A program made the position numbers and the translations under genes. From Ramazzottius varieornatus (lineage: Eukaryota > Animalia > Tardigrada), in the NCBI GenBank assembly GCA_001949185.1, contig BDGG01000001.1, forward strand, positions 7,092,325-7,156,324: a stretch of DNA of 64,000 nucleotides, written 5' to 3'. Of this stretch, positions 61,238 through 64,000 are shown one piece after another. The notes beneath the pieces were generated by a model that did no database searches, was not told the DNA's origin, and was given only the letters and a program-made list of their open reading frames with translations. Position 1 is the first letter of the stretch, and every line of letters begins with the position of its first letter.

Positions 61238-61689
61238 TCGTTCGATAGATTAAGGAGTTTCCTGTACTTTGCGGTATTGTAGTTATCGGTGTTCAGACCT
61301 GTTGGAAAACCACCCTGCATTGCCATAAGGGCCACATGTCGGTACTTCGGATCTTGTTGTTACTGCAGGGAAGTTCCGGAGCATTCTTGCGCTGGCCGTT
61401 CTCACCATGGACCGTCTAACGGTCCAGTTGGGCAAAGATACCGGGCGGCCAGTCCAAATTTTCACAAATCTTGTAATCCAATTCCTGTTGTGCCTGCTAA
61501 CGAGGATAAGCGGGCGGCGGATAAGTGCATAAGTAAATATGCTCTCAAAATCTTTTAGTATACACTTTTGAGGGGTATCAAAACAATAGGTACTGTTTTG
61601 AACTATAGTATAGGCCATAAAAGTACCCTACTGTTTTGAACCATACTGTTGTATCGATCAAAACTGAAGCATTCCAGTTTTGATCTATA

Positions 61690-62006
61690 CGAGGTAAAGG
61701 TTGTAAACTTAGCCACCCCATACTGGGTTTGTAAAGTTAGCACGGCTGAGGCGCCTATTGCTTGATTGACTATTTGATTGTCAGTCTTGGCTGTTTAACA
61801 TGAGATTTGAACGTTCTTTTAATTGCGGATCTCTTGGATTCTCTGACTTCTCGTGTTGACTGTGCCTATTACCATTCGACAGCTCATTATTTTATCTTTC
61901 GATCTATCCTTAAAAGTTTGGGATTGAGTAGTAGAGAACAGGTGAACTTAGACGGCTAACTTTACAAACCCGGTATGGGGCGGCTAACTTTACAACCTTT
62001 CCCTCG
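61690..62006. mobile_element. Non-autonomous Tc1/mariner-type MITE (~317 bp)
   Basis: ~52-bp imperfect terminal inverted repeats (CGAGGTAAAGGTTGTAAACTTAGCCACCCCATACTGGGTTTGTAAAGTTAGC / GCTAACTTTACAAACCCGGTATGGGGCGGCTAACTTTACAACCTTTCCCTCG), with TA on both sides (61688-89 and 62007-08). Confidence 0.85.
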
Positions 62007-63824
62007 TACTGTGACATTAGTCAAAAATGTACCATACTATTTTGCGTGGTACTTCTACTCCCGCCCATACTCCACAATCATGGGTGTCTGGTAGTGGTAG
62101 GCCTTTCCTCCCTGTACTAATTACTGGTAAACATTTGATCGAAGAGAGGAATGACTCGCTACAAAAAAGGGATTAGCCGAGGGAAGTCAGAAATACTCAC
62201 TTCCCAACGACCACTCTTGTCCTACTGGGGCTCGCGGGACAAAAAATCATATTCCCGGCTGAGAAGCGCATTCAATAAAGTGCAACGGCAGTTCTTCCGA
62301 AATATGGACAACGTTTTGATGTACTTTGGTGATGGTAATCTCGGTGAATGCATTCCCAAGAAAGATAAACCTGCCAGAAAATTAACTTTTGTCTTGGTTT
62401 ACGAATCTGCTGTCTTCCGTAATTTGAGGGTCACTGGGACTATTCACCCAAATTTTGTATGGACTCAAGGGATGATTATTCATTTCATCAAAAATATCGA
62501 GAAATTTCTGGACCTCCATACGTTGTGAGAAACCATTTTCGTTTCAACTGATGTGATTAATTCCGGATAAGTATGCCGGTTTCCACCTCTGCAATTTATT
62601 TTTGTCATGTTCTTGACCGAAGCTTCAGATCGGTCGGCTTTTCAATACATTCTTGGTTTGGGTTCTACCTATCGAAATACTTTTCTTGCCACCAGTTTTG
62701 GCTGCGCGATGCACGAAGACAGAACGTTTTTCAAAATACAAAGGGGGTTCAATAAGTTTTAAAGCTGTGTTCACCAGAAATTCTGTAGTCGTTCGATCTT
62801 TGCAGCTTTTTCGTTTGGCTATAGAGTAACTTCTGGGCAACACGGCACAATTCGAGTCTAGGCTGGGAAGTCATTCGTTGAAAAAATTTTGTAAAGTGAA
62901 TAAAGAGAGGTTTTTTTAGGGTTTTTACGTTCTAGACGAAGTTATGTAGTTTCTTGCCCACTGTACGTTTGAGTTCGACTTCAGCTCTGGATGAAAGAGG
63001 GATGTCCAGCGACTAGTTTAACCAGAGGGAAGTCAAGCCTGACTGCTGCCAAGACTCGAGAAAAATTTCAATTGTGCGCCAAGCGAAAGTGCGCCAGTGA
63101 AACGGGGAAATTCCACCCGGTGCGCTGCCGGATCACCAGCTGGATTTTGCGAACTTTTCTGTTTCCTCCACCGTGTATCCCTTACTGATAAAAGTAAGCT
63201 TTCCATCTGTATTCCCGTCATACTCTAGTTGCTTTTTGTCGAAGCGCTAAAAAATCATCTATCGCAAATATTCGAAAAAAATGCTCTTCCACGATCGGCG
63301 CGGATAACGCGAGAATAACATTACGAAACGCGCGAGTTTACGAGGAAAATCGAAAAACGATTTTTTGCATCTTTTGAAAAAATTATTTCTCCTCCTGCTC
63401 GAGTACCAGGTACCTCATCTTTTGAGGATAGTGATTAGAAGAGATGTTCTATCTTTTAAAAGGGTACAATTTCAGGTGGATTGTACCTTGAAACATTGAA
63501 CCCCCTATGTAAAAAGAAGGGAAGTTTTCTGTCATCGCCTTTTCTCGGTGAAATTTTCTTCCCGGTCGGAGTACTATAATGGAGTGAAACCAACGTGACC
63601 GAAACAGCGAAGACACATCGTAGTATCAGACAGGGCTAGTCCTGTTTCAAAAACAATTACACGGAATTTGTCTTAGACGGAAATTTTTTGTGAAAATTGC
63701 GAATGGCCATCCGGTATGTTTGAGTCGGAAGTGAATGCCAAAAGATTTTCTATGTAGTGCCAAAGTCCATTAGCTATGCTTAAGCCCTGCTTAATAATGC
63801 ACTGTGGTAATTCTATCAATAAAA

Positions 63825-64000
63825 ACAACGTGCGATTGAGGAGATGAGAGCCAGAGCCAGGAGATGAGAGCCAAGATCGAGCTACTGGAGAAAGAAATCG
63901 GCGGTTGGCCTATCTTGAACAAAAACTGGGATGGTTGGATGTGTTAACCGCCCTGCTGCAAACCCATATGCACGGAGACGACGTCCTGTTTGGCACAGAT
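63825..64000 (+). pseudogene. Neprilysin/M13 peptidase-like fragment, apparently disrupted
   Basis: AIEEMRA..ELLEKEIGGWPILNKNWDG, then a frame change to WLDVLTALL..GDDVLF. GGWP is typical of the M13 N-domain. There is a local duplication of GGAGATGAGAGCCA. Confidence 0.5.

Overview
This is gene-dense eukaryotic DNA from an invertebrate animal with compact GT-AG introns; an early-branching nematode is plausible, but the taxon cannot be fixed from sequence alone. Spliced genes in order: myosin VIIa tail (+, 5' end outside the window), netrin (-), PERK (-), RAD9 (+), ECI2 (-), LACTB (+), a small two-LIM protein (+), two tandem Ly6/LU-like genes (-), HEATR5 (-), BMS1 (+), eIF1 (-) and RAD1 (+). 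These are followed by a decayed partial RAD1 duplicate, a TA-flanked mariner-type MITE and a broken M13-peptidase fragment. The most striking unexplained structure is non-coding: most enlarged introns carry a fixed-geometry inverted-repeat cassette. Family A is TGGCGCA-N27-TGCGCCA inside a ~120-bp hairpin, with 41 units at 29 loci by manual count; 33 units have a spacer of exactly 27 nt, and arrays have periods of ~73 or ~82 bp. Family B is the unrelated ACCTRCATAC-N30-GTATGYAGGT, with 8 units, 7 of them spaced exactly 30 nt. Spacer sequence diverges while core motif and spacer length are kept. All coordinates and counts were read by eye. CDS coordinates span first to last codon including introns, and repeat boundaries are approximate.
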